Shown here: positions 38,801 to 53,800 of the stretch, piece after piece | Layout of the letters: each line of letters starts with the position of its first letter | How positions within the stretch are numbered: position 1 is the first letter of the stretch | Source of the DNA: Lama glama | Lineage: Eukaryota | Assembly (NCBI GenBank): GCA_028534125.1 | Contig: CM052817.1 | Location: forward strand, 39,744,001-39,808,000 | Direction of reading: 5' to 3' | DNA: 64,000 bases | The notes under the pieces: model-generated | What the model saw: only the letters and a program-made list of their open reading frames with translations | The model's database searches: none | What the model was told of the DNA's origin: nothing | Made by a program: the position numbers and the translations under genes

Positions 38801-41800
38801 TGTCCCTTCTATAAACTAAGCTTACTCCCATTGCTATTTAAACTATTCCCTCATCTTCCCAGTCTAGAACACCCTGTCACCTTAGTTAACACCAATCCAC
38901 CTCCACGTGGCCAGCTCAACACCAACACGTCCACAAAAAAACCCTCTTTGATGTCCCCCATCCAAAATTATCTCCTTTCATGCTACATTCATGAATTTTC
39001 TTCTTTAAATTAATTATATTTATATGTTTGTGGAAATAAATATCAATAGTGCCTGATTCTCAACTGCTATGTGAATATCTGGATCTTGGTGTTAGCTCCT
39101 TAACTAGGCTCCGGATTGCTCGCAGGCATAGTTCCACGTATAACATAGGCACAAAGAAGACACACGTTAAGTACTTTTCATGGCCAACACCAGGGTTAGT
39201 GATTCAAAGCAGCACATCATAGGAGGAAGGTATAGGTCAAATAGTAGAGTGCATTCTTAGCATGCACAAGGTCCTGGGTTCAATCCCCAGTACCTCCACT
39301 TAAAAAAAAAAAAACTAATAATAAATAAATAAATAGACCTAATGACCTCCTCCCAATTAAAAAAAAAAGTTGAAAGCAAAACATCACTACATAGTGGAAC
39401 ATGCTGGTTCTGGCATGCACTGCAGCATTGTTTTTCTATGCTTTGCCTTGATCTCCCCTGCCTGCTTATCTATAACTCTGCCTCTGGCCTTTTGAAGGAG
39501 CTGGCCTTTCTCTATCATATAACCAAGCCTGGCTTTCTATCCCACTCCGGAGCACCCTCCTTGAGTAGAGGATCTTGAATGTCATCCCTCCCTCTGACGG
39601 TTCGTTCATCAAAACCATCAAAATTACTAAATTCTATTCCTGTTTCCCAGGTTGTTGAAAACCTAATTTAAGAGCATTCAATCAACTATACTGCACTTTC
39701 AATTATGTCAAAGTCATCAGTGCAACCTCAAACAATACAACCAAATCTATGCCAACCCCAATTACTCAGCAGGCTCCCCTCCTTTCAGTTAGTGCCCCTC
39801 CGATGAGCAGTGTGAGAGGCCCCATCTGATCTCCAGATCAGAAGTGTGACAAGGTTTCAAGGGAAGGCCAACTCCAAATCGGTTGGTAATGAGAAGCTGT
39901 CTGCAGGTTTGTGTTAAGGAGGATTCTGAGGCCACATCTTGGTTCAATGACAAAGATTTCATCAATTACTGAGCCTGCCAGAGTCATGGGAGGGGAAACA
40001 GGTAGAATGGATTTGTCAGCCCTGTTATTTGGGATTAAGATAGAATCAAAAGCTTTACTGAAATAAAGCTTCTACTTTCCTGTTTTCTACATGGTTTATA
40101 AAACCTAAAATAGAATAATTTGCCCTATTTTAAAATTTAGAGTAATTTTCTGTTAGTGTCTCTCAGTTATCAAGATTGAAAGTACTAGGCTAGAAGTACT
40201 GCAGATACACTTTTTGTCTCCTGAGAAAGGTGGATGAGAAAATCTACCTCCTTTTTCTTCTTTTTTTTTAAACACCCTTTTTCATCATTGTATACACCAG
40301 TAGTTCTCCAGAAACTTTCCAAAAAATCAAAGCTGATTATAAAATGGGAAGATTTTTAATCCCAGATATAAATACTAATTCTGGAATTAACCATCTGTTC
40401 AGACCTATTTTAAAGCATAAATGACGTGGATTATAGACATTGTAATCAGTTGTCAGTTAACATCGCAGAGAAACCAGCAGGCATTTAGAATAACAGGCAG
40501 TTTCATTTTAACAACTCACATTTTAACAACTTACATTTTAACATCTCATTCAATATACTGTTGACTCATATCTTGGCTGACAGTCCACATTAACTTTGTT
40601 AACTCAGATGTAAGTAATTTAATTAAACGAGAAATCCCATAACACAGAATTGTCCATAAAGCTTCATCATCAAATGAGCCATCAATTCAATTAAAATGTC
40701 GGCCTTGTAATTTGGCATTTGTGTATGGTATCTTAGATTATAATACTAAATATTCTTAATAGATTTGTTTCTTTGAAATGTCCATAGATGATTCGTGACT
40801 GAAATGTTACCAGTTTCCTAGAATGTGACAAAGCCAACACTCAGCAGAGGAGTTTCCATTTGCAGAAGAGTAACCTCAACTTTCAGTGGGAGAATCAGAA
40901 GGCAATGACTGGAGATGCTGGTGAGGAAGGCATGGTTTTGGGTAGCGAGTGGTGGCAAGGGATTCTGAGTAGGAAAAGAGAAATTGTGATTCCTTTTCAG
41001 GCTGCCTTTGACTAGCGATGTGACCTGAAGCAATTTACTTGACTTTTTTCACTTGGAGTTTCCTCATCAGTAAAATGGGGATTAATAAACTATTAGCTTC
41101 ATATAAATAGTGTAAATAATTTTGCACAGGGGAGTCGGTGTCTAACAACAGTGGTAATTACTATTATCGATAGGTTCTTGTCTGTAAGGTAGAAACAAAA
41201 TGGAGAAGTTTTGATGTTTTGACTGGAGTTTCCTCTGTGGGGAAGGGTGGCCAGAAGGGGTGCGGTAGGTGGGGAGCCTGGTTTGGAGAACCCTTCTAAA
41301 ATGACAAACTGGATTTTGAATTCTGTGGGTACTGGGTGAGATGTCCGCTCCTCCACACAACAAAGAGAACGCTAAATAAACAGGGGACGTGTTCTTGAGT
41401 TGACTGTCTAATCATCTGATTCTATTACCTGTTCACCCTCAAAGAGTCCTTGAGTCTTAGTTCTCACCCAGCTTTTTCAAACCTCCATAATTCTGAGACA
41501 CAGATACCCTCTTTTAAACTGCTGGGAGGTTTGGGATTAAGGGAGCTAAATCACCAGCAAGATCTCCAACAGCTCGTTAGTGCTGAGGATAGAAAGATTA
41601 AAAACCTGCTTATATTAGTTACTTAAAAAAAAAAACTAGCTTCACAGAAAATACGAACAGGGCATAGGGCAAGTCATCTACTTTGTGACAGCTCTATAGG
41701 AAAAAAAGCAATCTGAAAAATAACAGTACATTTTACAAGCTAAAATATACTGGGAAAACTAGTTTCTTAGGACGGGAACCTTCCTTTCTGTGTCTTCAGG

Positions 41801-44800
41801 CTTAAACTGTACTTTTTCCACCCCTCACTCACAATGCAGTTAAGACCCTTCGTCTGCTCTGACGTTCTATCATCTTTCCTCTTTCCTGCCAGAATCACCC
41901 CATCCCGCTTACTCACCGCTGGCCAGAATTAAATCCTAAGTCATCTATGCTTTCAGAGGTGAGGGTACCAAGTCATATGCAATCTCTAATTCACTCTAAA
42001 GTAAAGCTCCCTCCAAAAGAGTCAGCATATTTCCCTCAGATTCCAAGGCGAAGTTTGGCGGAAGAGTCTCTTGTCCAGAAAGAACATGCCTCCTCTCTCA
42101 CCATCCAGTGTTCTCTGCTAACCATGTTGTTCCCATTCCTTACCTCGCACTCCATCTTCCCCCAAACCAGAGCCACCAAAAACTGCAGAAATCAAGCCCT
42201 GCTCCTTCAAGGGGCTATTAGTTAGAAAAGCAAAATAAATTCTGCCAATGATAGTGGTACCAACAGACTAATTCATTATTCACCGAGAGAGGTGGTTCCA
42301 CAAGGAGTGAAAGGAGGGCTGGGGGAGGGGAGAGGAGGATTTTGCCCCCGGGGAACAGTTGGCGCCGTCTGGAGACACTGCAGCTGTCACATTAGGGGTG
42401 TGCTACTGTCATCTAGTGGGTAGAGGCCTGGGACACGGCGAAACATCTTACAATGCAGAGGACTGTTCCCCATGAAGAAGAACTATTCAGCCCAAAATGT
42501 CAGCAGTACTGAGGTTGTAAAAGCCAGCTCTAAGAGGCTGTACACTTCAGTCAACAAGACCTGTGTTCCACAGGTTTAAGTTAAAATTCCAGGCCCTGGT
42601 CTCGCTGACGGGAGATGTATTTTGGAGTGGGTAACCATCAGTCACACTCCTGAGGCTGGTGCCTCTTTTCTATTCATATAAAACTGGTTCCGTTCATCGG
42701 ACTAAAGAAAGTCTCCAGCTGAATGATTATTGGTATTTTATTTGGTTGGGGCTTTTTAATGTTTCTGTTTAAAATATAAGTTTAACCAAAAAATATGAGT
42801 TCAACAAAAGAAAAAAGATACCCATTGTCATATCTGCTTCAGACTTTTTTTAAAGAAAAAATTATAGATTCAGTTAAAGCCCACCTCCCCACCTTTTTCC
42901 TCCCTCCTAGGAGCTAACCACTATCCTACCATATAGCATTTCCACAAGTATTTTATACTTACCTACATATATCTACATAAATATATAGTATCTATTTAAT
43001 GTACTAATTTTTTTTTTTAATGGAGGTACTGGGGATTGAACCCAGGACCTCATACATGCTAAGCATGAGCTTTACCACTGAGCTATTTCCCTCCCAGTAA
43101 ATTTTTTTTTTAATTGAAGATTGCTGATTTACAATGTTGTGTTAGTTTCTGGTGTACAGCACAGTGATTCAGTTATACATATACATATATGCATATTCTT
43201 TTTCACATTCTTTTTTATTATAGGTTATTATAAGATATGAAAGATTCTAAATTTTGAATGTTATTATACTATACAGTTCTTTGCTTTCAACGTTGTTTGA
43301 GATTTGTCCATTTTGTTTTCTTCGTGTACATCTGTATAGTATGAATAAAGCATAATTTTCCTCCTGAGGAGTGACTGGGTTGTCGCCACGTTTCCACCAC
43401 ATGTCCACACTTGTAATGTGGCTCCTAATTCACACATGCTGAGCATTTGGGTGGGTTCAATATCTCAGAAGTGAAATCATGGAGTCAAAGGGCAGTGGGT
43501 CTTCAACTTTGCTACGAATTGCCAAAGTGCTCTCCGAAGTGTCACTGAACTAAGTCTTCACTGTATTGCACTCAGAAATGCAAATGCTAATTTTACAGTT
43601 TTCAAACAAACCAACAAAAAAGCAAACCTTTGCCTTCTACAGAGCTGTATTAAGATATGAGGATTAAAATATATGGTATGTTAGTGAATTTTTTTCAGAA
43701 TCATAGGCTGTTAAGTATTAGTTACTTTTCCCATATTTTGTTCCAAGAAGAAAAATTGAAACTCCATATGTCTAATAAAGCAGTGCCAATAAATAAATAA
43801 ACAACATATCTGTGGACTGGGACTGAATCTTGAGTCAAACAAATCAATTATCAAACCATTTTGAAACTATTAGGGAAATTTATATATGGATTGTGTATTA
43901 GACAATACTAAGAAATTATTAAGCTTGTTAAAGGGAGAACAGTATTGTGAGGGTTTTTTCTTTTTTTTTTTTAACACTTTTTATTGAGTTATAGTCATTT
44001 TACAATGTTGTGTCAAATTCCAGTGTAGAGCACAATTTTTCAGTTATACATGAACATATATAGTCATTGTCACATTTTTTTTTCACTGAGAGCTTATTGT
44101 GGTTATTTTTTAAAGTCCTTTTTTAAAAAAATGTATGAAAAGGCATGACATCTTAAATCTGCACTGAATACTTCAGCGAAAACTGAGGGGTGACAGATGA
44201 ATCAAGCGCGGCAAAATCTTGACAAAAGATGCCTGTATGGGTCTCATTATACTATTTTTCTACTTTTGTGTATGTTTGAAAATTGTCTTCATCATCATCA
44301 CCATCAGGCACAAGACCTACCAACAGAGGTAGACTAATGTAAGCAAGTAGACGTTTCGCTGTGATAAAGAAAATCAACCTCTAATCCTTCCGTGTGCTGT
44401 AAGTGGATTATTTTTCTCTCTATACCTAGCTAGACAGGTCCCAGGATTTTATCAGCAAGATAACCCATTAAATATAGTGTAGTCCATATCCTGAGGACAG
44501 CAGAGCTTACACCAGGACAATTAGCGCTAAATCAATTTAGCTGATTTAAACAGACTATCAAAAACAGCCTGCCCAAGACAAAATGAGCACAGAAAAATGA
44601 CACTCCTCAAATTTCTGTTACAGCACATTGTCCCACATTTTCTGGGAAGTCAGGAGATCTGATTACTGCTGACGTAACAGATGTTGAACTGGTATCAACC
44701 CGGTTAATCGGTTCTCACAAAAAATTCCAGATGTAAAATTAGACGGAAACACTGGGCAGCCTGAAGTCTCGCTGAACAGGGACATCAGAAGCTTTGCCAC

Positions 44801-47800
44801 AGCATTTTGTCCCTTGCGTGTGTCTGGGCGGAAGGCAGGCAGGGGCTGGGGGGCAAGAGATACAGGGCAGAGGAGAAACTTAGCCCAGAGGCTTAATTAA
44901 CAATAGGCCATGTGACCCCAAATCCTCGAGCTTGGCGCCTGCTGGAACAGGGCAACCTGGAGGCCCAGAGGAGGTGGGTGCCTTTCCCACAGCCGACAGT
45001 GCTGAGTCAGGCAGGCAAAACATTCCAGGGGACCATGCCAGAAGGACGGAGCCATAGCTTTTATTTATTTGTATTGTTTGTGACTCACTCCCTAGACAAG
45101 AGCAAATGCAGACCTTTATTCCTGCCTGTCAACATTTAGTTGGTCATCATTCAGAAAGTCCTAGCATCATAATGCAATTACAGTGGAATAAATCCTGTGT
45201 CATGAAAATGACATAATCAATTACATTCATTTCAGTCGCAATCAAAATTACAAACTCATTCAAGTCTGACAGCATAAGTCCTGGAAATCAGGTACCCAAA
45301 GAGTGAAGCTGGTTGGTGGCTCCTTAAGAGGCAAATGGTCCCTTGCACTACTTACAGCAGAGTAAAATAAAAGTTGTTAAAATCTCCATCTGACCACGAG
45401 GAGATACACTTGTCCTATGGCTGGAGTGGTAAAAACACAGCTGATGCAAAAAAAGCCAATACCCTTCTCTTTTCTTGTTTTACTTTCTAGCGCATCAGCA
45501 AAAATTAGGGTAGAGGGTAATTGTATTCTCCACTGAAGTTGAATGCCTGCCTATAACATAGTTACTTGAAGTGGGGAAGAAAATTTATCTTCATTATTGT
45601 ATTAACAACGAAGAAAAGTCCTTGGAGAGGAGCAGTATAGCTCAGTGGTAGAGGCATACTTAGCATGCACAAGGTCTTGGGTTCAATCCCCAGTAACTCC
45701 ATTAAAAAAATAAGTACAATAAAAAATAAAAAAAATAAAAGTAGAATGTACTAAAAAAAGAGAGAGAAAAGTCCTTAAACCTAGAAGCAGAAGATGCACT
45801 GATACAGCTTCATAAAGAGCTCTTACTCATATCATATCCGAAGCTCAATAAGCCAAGACAGTGTCTTAACAGAAGACACAGTAGAGTACAGCCAAAGACA
45901 GAAGAGAAATATCTAAGTAGAAAGATAATCCTTCCCTAGGTCCAGCTTTCAGTCGACTTACTTAATAAAAACACAGAAGAAACAGAATACATGAGGGGTT
46001 TAACTGGAGAGGGAGATTTGAAAAGTGTTTCCAAAAATGTGCTTCACCAAGAGTGGCAGATGGAATTTGTTGGTGCAGAAAATAAACATGAGTCTTGTCC
46101 TTGTTTAGCTCATCTCTCCCTCTTGGCTTCCCAAACCTATCATCAGCACTATATCATTCAAACACTTCGAAATCGCACCCCCATCCCTAGGGCCTGTGGC
46201 CTGCCAGTGACCCTTGCCTAAACTTTGACCAGCTCCACCCTGACTTGTGCTCTGGTTGGCTGCAGTTCAGAGACATGATGCTCTGAAGGGAGGAAATTAC
46301 ACCAGCCAGCCAGCACACAGTGCTCGGTATGTTTCATCACCCTCCCTCTGTCTAGGACTGTGATCCTACCTCTCGGCTGACTCCAAACTCCCACATGCAC
46401 CAACAGGGAACCACCCTGCAACAGGGCGACCCACGCAGGACGTAAGTCAGGATGGGAGTGGAGGTGCATACCACGCACAGTTGTGGGGTTAACAGAGATG
46501 AAAGCAGCACAAGGCAAAGACTAAATGAGATCTCACCTCGTCCTTCGCTTACGTAATGATTTTACCATTTATCACAGTGGCCTGTTGGATGACTCACCCC
46601 ACAGGAACCACGTCTTAATAACATTTGGACCCCCAGTCAACCTCACAGGTAGTAAATGCTTAGTAACTGCAATAGTCAATTCCCAATGTCAATGGCTAAA
46701 AAGAAGGCTAGCCACGCTGAATGAAACATGACAAATTTTGTAGGCATCAGCCTAACTCTTTACCATTGTGACATCTATTTTCTCCTCCTGTTCACTTCCA
46801 CTCCCTCCCGGGGGGACCATGAAAAAGACAGACCAAAAATAGAAAAAGACAGATGCAAGCCAAAAAAAAAAAAAATCCAACAAGTGGTAATATTCACTTC
46901 CAGATAGGCTGAAAAACTAAAACAATGCTACAAACACCCTCTCCTGGTGATTTTTTTAATCCCCTAAAGCTACAAATTTGAAATACTTTGTGCCCTTTTA
47001 AATTCACGGCCCAAGACATACACCATCACCACCCCAATCTATAAGGCCCCATAGAATTTCACCCAAGATCAATGATGGCCCAAAGTCTCACCAAGTACGA
47101 CAAAAAATCAGCAATAAACTCTGTTCTTTCCCTAAATCACAAGGACACATATTTAAAAAGTACCCAGAAAAATTAAATTATTAGATCTGCTATACCCAAG
47201 AGAAGGTATCTGGCAATAAAAAAGACGATCAAGAATAGCCAAAAATATCCAACCTTGGTAAAAAAATGTTGTCAGTGCTAATCCTTTGGTGTTTAAGTAG
47301 ACACTATGATGTTCAACTAGTTGGTTCAATCATTTGAACATAACAATCTAATTACACAGGTGCTTTCATTCAAATTCCTTATTTCCAAATTTCAGTATAG
47401 TATATAATTTCTACAACTCCTCTTAGACAAGCCTCCAGAAGATATACTTCTTCTAGCGAAGTATATGACATTTTGACCATCTTTAACCCTAAATTAGATG
47501 GACACAAAGTTGTTCCCACATTATTTTTGAAGAACACACAAAGGCTTAATCTTTTAATTAAATCAAGGGTTTACTTCTTCCTAATTTCATGGCCATCACT
47601 TCCATAGAATTCTACCCCACTATGAACCTGGTGTCTTAAAAAATTCTTAAAATTCTTAACCCAAGTGAAAGGTTTATTGGGACAAAAGCAAAGCACACAA
47701 ATAGAAGCAGGGACTGGTTAGCTCGGTTGATTTGTTAACACTTCTAGCAAAAATTAAGCCAGTCTCTTTTAACACAGGATTTTCCTGAGTCTTTGTCACT

Positions 47801-50800
47801 CTGCAGTATTACTCTCCAAAAGGAAGGTGTAGTACATGGTGATTTCCACGCTTCTTTCACAAGCGAGTTTCTTTCTTTTTTTTAATGCATTACCGATTAG
47901 TATTTAGCAAGAAAGAATATTTTGAGGAACACACTTTGAGAACCACAAGTTAGAATAAGGTGCTAACAAAACCTCAAAAATAGGTTTAACTTAACCCCAG
48001 GTACTCCAATTAGCCTTTTTCTTTCTGAAGACCATTAACTACTGTGGGCAAATATCTTTAAACACACACCTTTAGAAATAGCCTGTAAGAACACATCCAT
48101 GAGCGAGCACGTATTACCCACCTTTACAGCAAAAACTCATTCAAAACTCGGACAGCTGCTATTTTGCATAAAGGACAGACTTATGAACAATCCAAGGCCC
48201 GTAAAATGCATTACTCTATGCATATTTCAAGTTCAAACTGGGTAGCTACAAATCTTCCCAATTTGGATACTTTAACCATCATAATAAAAAGGAAGACTCA
48301 CCAACAGAAGCTGAGTGTTTAAGAACTGATTTCTTTGAGACTCCTTTTTCAATTCGTATCGTGGCCCACTGTTCAAAAACAAGAAGTATTAATGTAAACT
48401 GTGCCACAGACGGGATGTAAAATGTGTAAACCATGCGTATACAGATGTGAAATTAATCATTAAGCCCTGGTGCTATTTGAATGGAAGAGAGACACTGAAT
48501 CTCTGATGTAATAGTATTCCAAGTCCCAGGTATACTTTTATATTAGTTACCGATAACGCCCAAATAAAATGAGGGAAAGATCATGTTTCCCCTATTTAAA
48601 CCCCTCACACACACCTCATACCCCCAATAAACTGTTCCTTGAAAAGGTCGTGAAGCTTGACCGGCAAGAATACAGACTATGGCATCAAGTCTATGTGGGC
48701 TTAAAGTTACCTAATCCTTCTCAGCCTGCTTCCTCATCAGTAAAATGAGGATAATAGTTCCTGTCCCATGGGGTTGCTATGAGGATTAAACGAGATTAAG
48801 ACATGTAAAGACATAAACACAGGGCACAAAGAATATTATTTTCATAACAAAGTAGGCGTTCAAAGGTGAGACACACTCAAAGCTGCCTAACCGCCTGTAT
48901 CAGAAACAAGCTTGCAGAAGGATCAGCATGAAAGCTGGAAAGCCGGAAAGGAATCCATGAAGTCACTAACAAGACATCTGCCCACCGGGCCGCCTACCTG
49001 TTAGGATGTGTAGGGAAAATGTTATGCTTGTGAGGGACCACTGGTTTGAGAGGATTTAAAAGCAGGAAAAGTGAACTCTCATTTTGTTCTGAATAAATAT
49101 AGGAGTGTAAAGAAATACACCAAGACATGATTCGCTATTTTCTTCTTTACACTTCTTTTCTGCATTTCCAAAATTACCTACCATTAACATCATAATTCAA
49201 AACCTGCAAGTGAACTCTTTGGACAGTGCTCCAGAAAATCCCAACAGCGATTTTTCTAGTTTTGAGTATTACTGAGATGATTACAATAGCACAAGCTAAC
49301 AATGTCTAAATTGACTCAATCCGGGGAGGTGGGAGAAAAGCAAAACAAAAGGGAAAAGGCATTGTAATCATTATAATTAACAACTTTGGCACACTTGAAG
49401 GGACAAAAAGACAGAATTTATTAGATAAGTCAAGGCAAAAACTTCAATTATTGCTGGGCTCAGAAGAGATTAAATAGAGAGGTAAAAAAAAGTGTCTTTT
49501 CAAGTGAGTAAGAAAATAAGTGATAGAGAATAAATAAACTAAAGCAGGTACATGATCTGACTACGTGAGGACCCCTGCACAACATCCCACAGAGCAAAGA
49601 AGGAACATGCCACTGGCGCTTAGAGAACAGGCTATAAATAGAGGCCTAATCTCCCAGCTTCAAGTGGCAAGTCATAAATGATAATAAACGCAGTCTTAAT
49701 CTGGTTGCGTCCTTTTCTCTTCCTTGCTAATCTGTGCAGAAATTTTCAAACTCAGGACTTAGATCTCTCATCTTTCTCAACAGAGATAAAAGTTGATTTC
49801 CATAGTTTTTCACTTTTAAAGCCTTGGTACCTACTAGCATCTGAAAGTGGACCAAATATATGATTACAATAAAATTTGGTAAAAACTCACACCCTTATCC
49901 TGGAGCTCGCTTTTTTCATTGCAAACATGTGGTTTTATATTTTGCATAGACGGTCATCACCTCGGGCAAGGGCGATTATTCCATGCTCCATATGATGGAA
50001 AACACTTCATGGCTTATGGGCTGAATGTGTGTCTCTCCCCCAAATTCATATGCTGAAGTCCTAACTTCAAAACCTCAGCATATGACTGAATTTTGGAAAT
50101 TGAACCTTTAAAGAGGTAAATTAAAATGAGGCCCCTAAGATGAGACCCTAATCCAGTATGACTGGTGTCCTTATACGAAGAGGAAGAGAACCAGGGACAT
50201 GTACACAAAGAACAGGCCATGTGAGGTCACAGCTAGAAGGCACCATCTACAAGCCAGGGAGACAGGCATCAGAAGAAACCAAACCTGCTGACACCTTGAT
50301 CTTGGGACTTCTGGCCTCCAGGACTGTGAGACAATAAATGTCTGTGGGTTAAGCCACCCAGTCTACGGGCCTTTGTTATGGCAGCCCCAGCAAATGAAGG
50401 TGAGGGCATTCCTCCAACAGCATCACGTGCTCCAAAGAGCTCCCTGCTCCATCATCAGACCAGTTTCAGAACACAGACCCTCTCCTGAAACGCTGACTCC
50501 GAAGTCTGTCCTCCAAAACGCAGTTAACAGTGCTTAAGATGAGCAAGTCTGCAGGCTGGAGAAGTCATTTAACTGGGGAATTTGTACTGGAAAACCGTTT
50601 CCTTCCTTAGGCTGACTTTCCAGCAAAAGTGACCCAGTGCCCGCCCTCTGCAGCCGGACAGACAGATGTACACTGCTGCCACTTCCTTGCTTTAATCATC
50701 TCAGCCAAAATTTGAACCTCCTGGGACCTCAGTTTCATCATCTCTAAACAATACCAAGGGCTGCTGCAAAGATTAAAGGAGATAATTTATCCGGTGATCA

Positions 50801-53800
50801 CCACAATCAGCCACAAAGTAGAAAAACAGCTTTCTCTTCCCTCCTCACACCCCACTAGGTAGGTACCAAATGGTCAGCTTTTTCAGACCATCAGCACATC
50901 TCCCAATAAATTGCTATTTCTCTTTCACCAAGCCAGCTTCTCTAGATGGTCAGGTTAAGCCTAAACACAGAGAAAGAATATCTCTTTAGAGGTACACATC
51001 TGCCTTAAGGTACCACTAAAGATGCAGCTCCGTCTGCAGGCTGACCCTGAAGTGGGACAACAGCTTCCAACAATCCCAGCTCCTACTCCCCATCTTGCTC
51101 CCCGACCAAAGAGAGTGGCATGTCACTCTCAATCAGGCCGTCGCTCCACTGAATTTCAAAATCCTCCTGAAAGGAAGGAAGTAGCTCCACAATTCACCAA
51201 AAAGAAAAGGTTAAGTCTAATTTTTAAAGCTTAGGCCAAAAGCTTGCAAAAACATGCCACTGTCACCTAGACAATTCACCTTCCAGTTTTCACACTGAAA
51301 AGACATTTAAGAATTGACCAAAGAGAGGGAAAGAAGGGAAGAAAAATGCTTAAAATTATGTAAAAATTCAAAAGATTGGGCTTACTCAAACAACAGCTGG
51401 CCATCATCTATAGCAAAATAAAAACTGTCTCTCGGCAGAGGCTGTCGACTTGGCAGAGTAAGAATTCAGGCTCTAGTCTCAAATAAAAATCCTGATTCTA
51501 CCGCTGACAGCTGTACGTCTCGTCTCTGCCCAGGCAGATTACCTCTCTGAACCTCCATTCCCCAATCTATCAACAGGAATCATCAGGGATCCTATCCCAG
51601 AGTTGCTGCGGAATTCAGTTAACTGAAAAGCATGTTGCTCTGGTAGCTTTTCTTTATTATTACTTTCTGTCATAAATAGTCATGGCCTTCTGGCACATTG
51701 ATTATATTTCCAACCCCAGGGGTAATACCTGAGTATGATAATAACAGAGGTGCTCACCATCTGAGCATTATTAGCATGCCTTTTTAAAAAGGCAGAAGAC
51801 TAAATGGTGGATGGAGGAGAGGGTAAGAGAAAGACTAGTAATGAAAAAAGGCAGGAGTAGTCTGCTCTGAGCACATGTGCTAACCCATCAAAGATCTGAA
51901 GGTAGGTTAAATCTTAGCCACATAGGAGTAAAAAAAAAAACCCAAAAACACAACCGAAGAGTATTCCAATTTAAACTCCACTAAGATCTAAGCACCTACT
52001 ATGTGTCAAGTGCTTTCATTTCCCTCTTCTCACTTAATCTCCACAATAACTGTACAAGGCATATTCTTATATCCACATGGAGAAACTGAGGTGGAAATGT
52101 TAAGTGACCTGCTCAAGGTTATAAAGCCAGAAATCTGGAAGAAGTTGTTATGTTTATTCTTTAAAAGTTGAAGGGAAAATTAGTCCATTACCATTTATCA
52201 CCCGCTTATTGCTTCTGTTATCTGGTTGGACTAGATAATGTGCGTACCATTCCCCCGCCTTCTTCTCCATCAATCCGACATTCTCTTCCCATTCTTTTTT
52301 TCCCTCTACTCATGAGCCTCAGGCCAATGAATTGCAATCCTTCACCACCCTCATCCCCATCATTAACTTTGCAATTAACTTTCACCGGTTGAGCAGAACA
52401 TATTTCAACCTTTAATCCACATTTCTATTTGATAAACATAAAAAATTCACAAATGCTCTCCCAGCGATTCAGATATATACACCTCACCATCCAGAGACTA
52501 CCCTCTAAACATCCCCCCAGCCAAAAGTTTTACTTTTTATAGTTTGTATTCCTAAAAAAATTTTCCCTAATATAGTTGTAATACTGACATATATACTCCT
52601 TAGAAATTATTACTTACCCCTTGAAAATTAATGGTTTAGAGAATCACAGCACTTACTCTAAGCTAAGAATTCAAGCCTTGTCCTCAAGTAGCTTGCCGTA
52701 TCAGGGACTTATGACCACATCTGGAGATACTCAGCAATGCAGAAGGCAGCATTCAGTAGGTGCTCAATAAATAATATTACCTGAACTGGTGAGCTGCGAA
52801 GGGTCCAAAGAAGAGTACATAGCTGGGTGAGTTACTTGACAATTAGCAATCACCACAGTCAGCTATTCAGAAGGTACCCCACACACATTTCAACTTCCAG
52901 AATTTGAGTTTATTGGTCATGAAATAGCCAAGAAAACTTATCAAAATAAACACATAGTGTATAAAACTAAGTGACCTTTTAAAATGGTACATAAATTACA
53001 ACCAAGGAAACCTGAGAAATATCCAAATCCAATCAAAGAATCCAAAGAATATTCTTGGGACGGGAATACAAAAGAAACAAATCAGCTGAGAACATCGTAA
53101 GGAAAAATGAGTAACAGAAGGGCTGAGCCTTGAATAGAATTTACAAGAAGCAGGGTATTTGCCCAGATCAAAAGATGTTCTAATATTAACCAACCAACAC
53201 ATTTTTTTTTAAATGGAGATACTGGGTTTTGAACCCAGGACCTCCTGCATGCTAAGCATGTGCTCTATCACTAGCTATACCCACACCCCAACCAGCACAA
53301 TTTTTACGGGATTTATCCCCATGGTTGGAAAAGCAATCCCTTGTACTAACTCCTGCCAGAGAGAAGTGTCTTTGAAGCATCTAAGCTGTTCTAGTTGGAG
53401 GATGAGAAGCCCTGGGTGGCCATCTCCTCTTCTTGCACCTAAAGCAGATATGGCTCCTGGGATTGCAAGCCCAGCTGATTCCAAACACAGGAGCTCCAGG
53501 AAGCTACCACCAAGTCAGAGCCGGCTCACAAAGTGAATCCCCATTCTAATCCCATATATGCCAAGCGTTCCTCTGACCTAGTAACTTCAGTCTTAGCAAA
53601 GAAGATGGTTCCTTAGGCTCTCATCTACCTGGTTTCCAAGTTAGGCAGCATATCTCCCACTACAATTAGGAAACTTGGCATTCTTGACAGTTTGATTAAC
53701 AAGGAGGGCATGTCTCAAAGTCTCTTCCAACCTAGATGGGCAAAAAATCAGGTCTACCTTGGACTGGAGTTATCCCTTCAATATACAGTTATTTGCCAGG

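Noticed and set aside
40502..40548. Short tandem repeat (ACATTTTAACAACTC-like x3); also a 21-bp duplication at ~33401-33447
   Set aside because: Ordinary slippage duplications without spacers; not CRISPR-like and no functional cue
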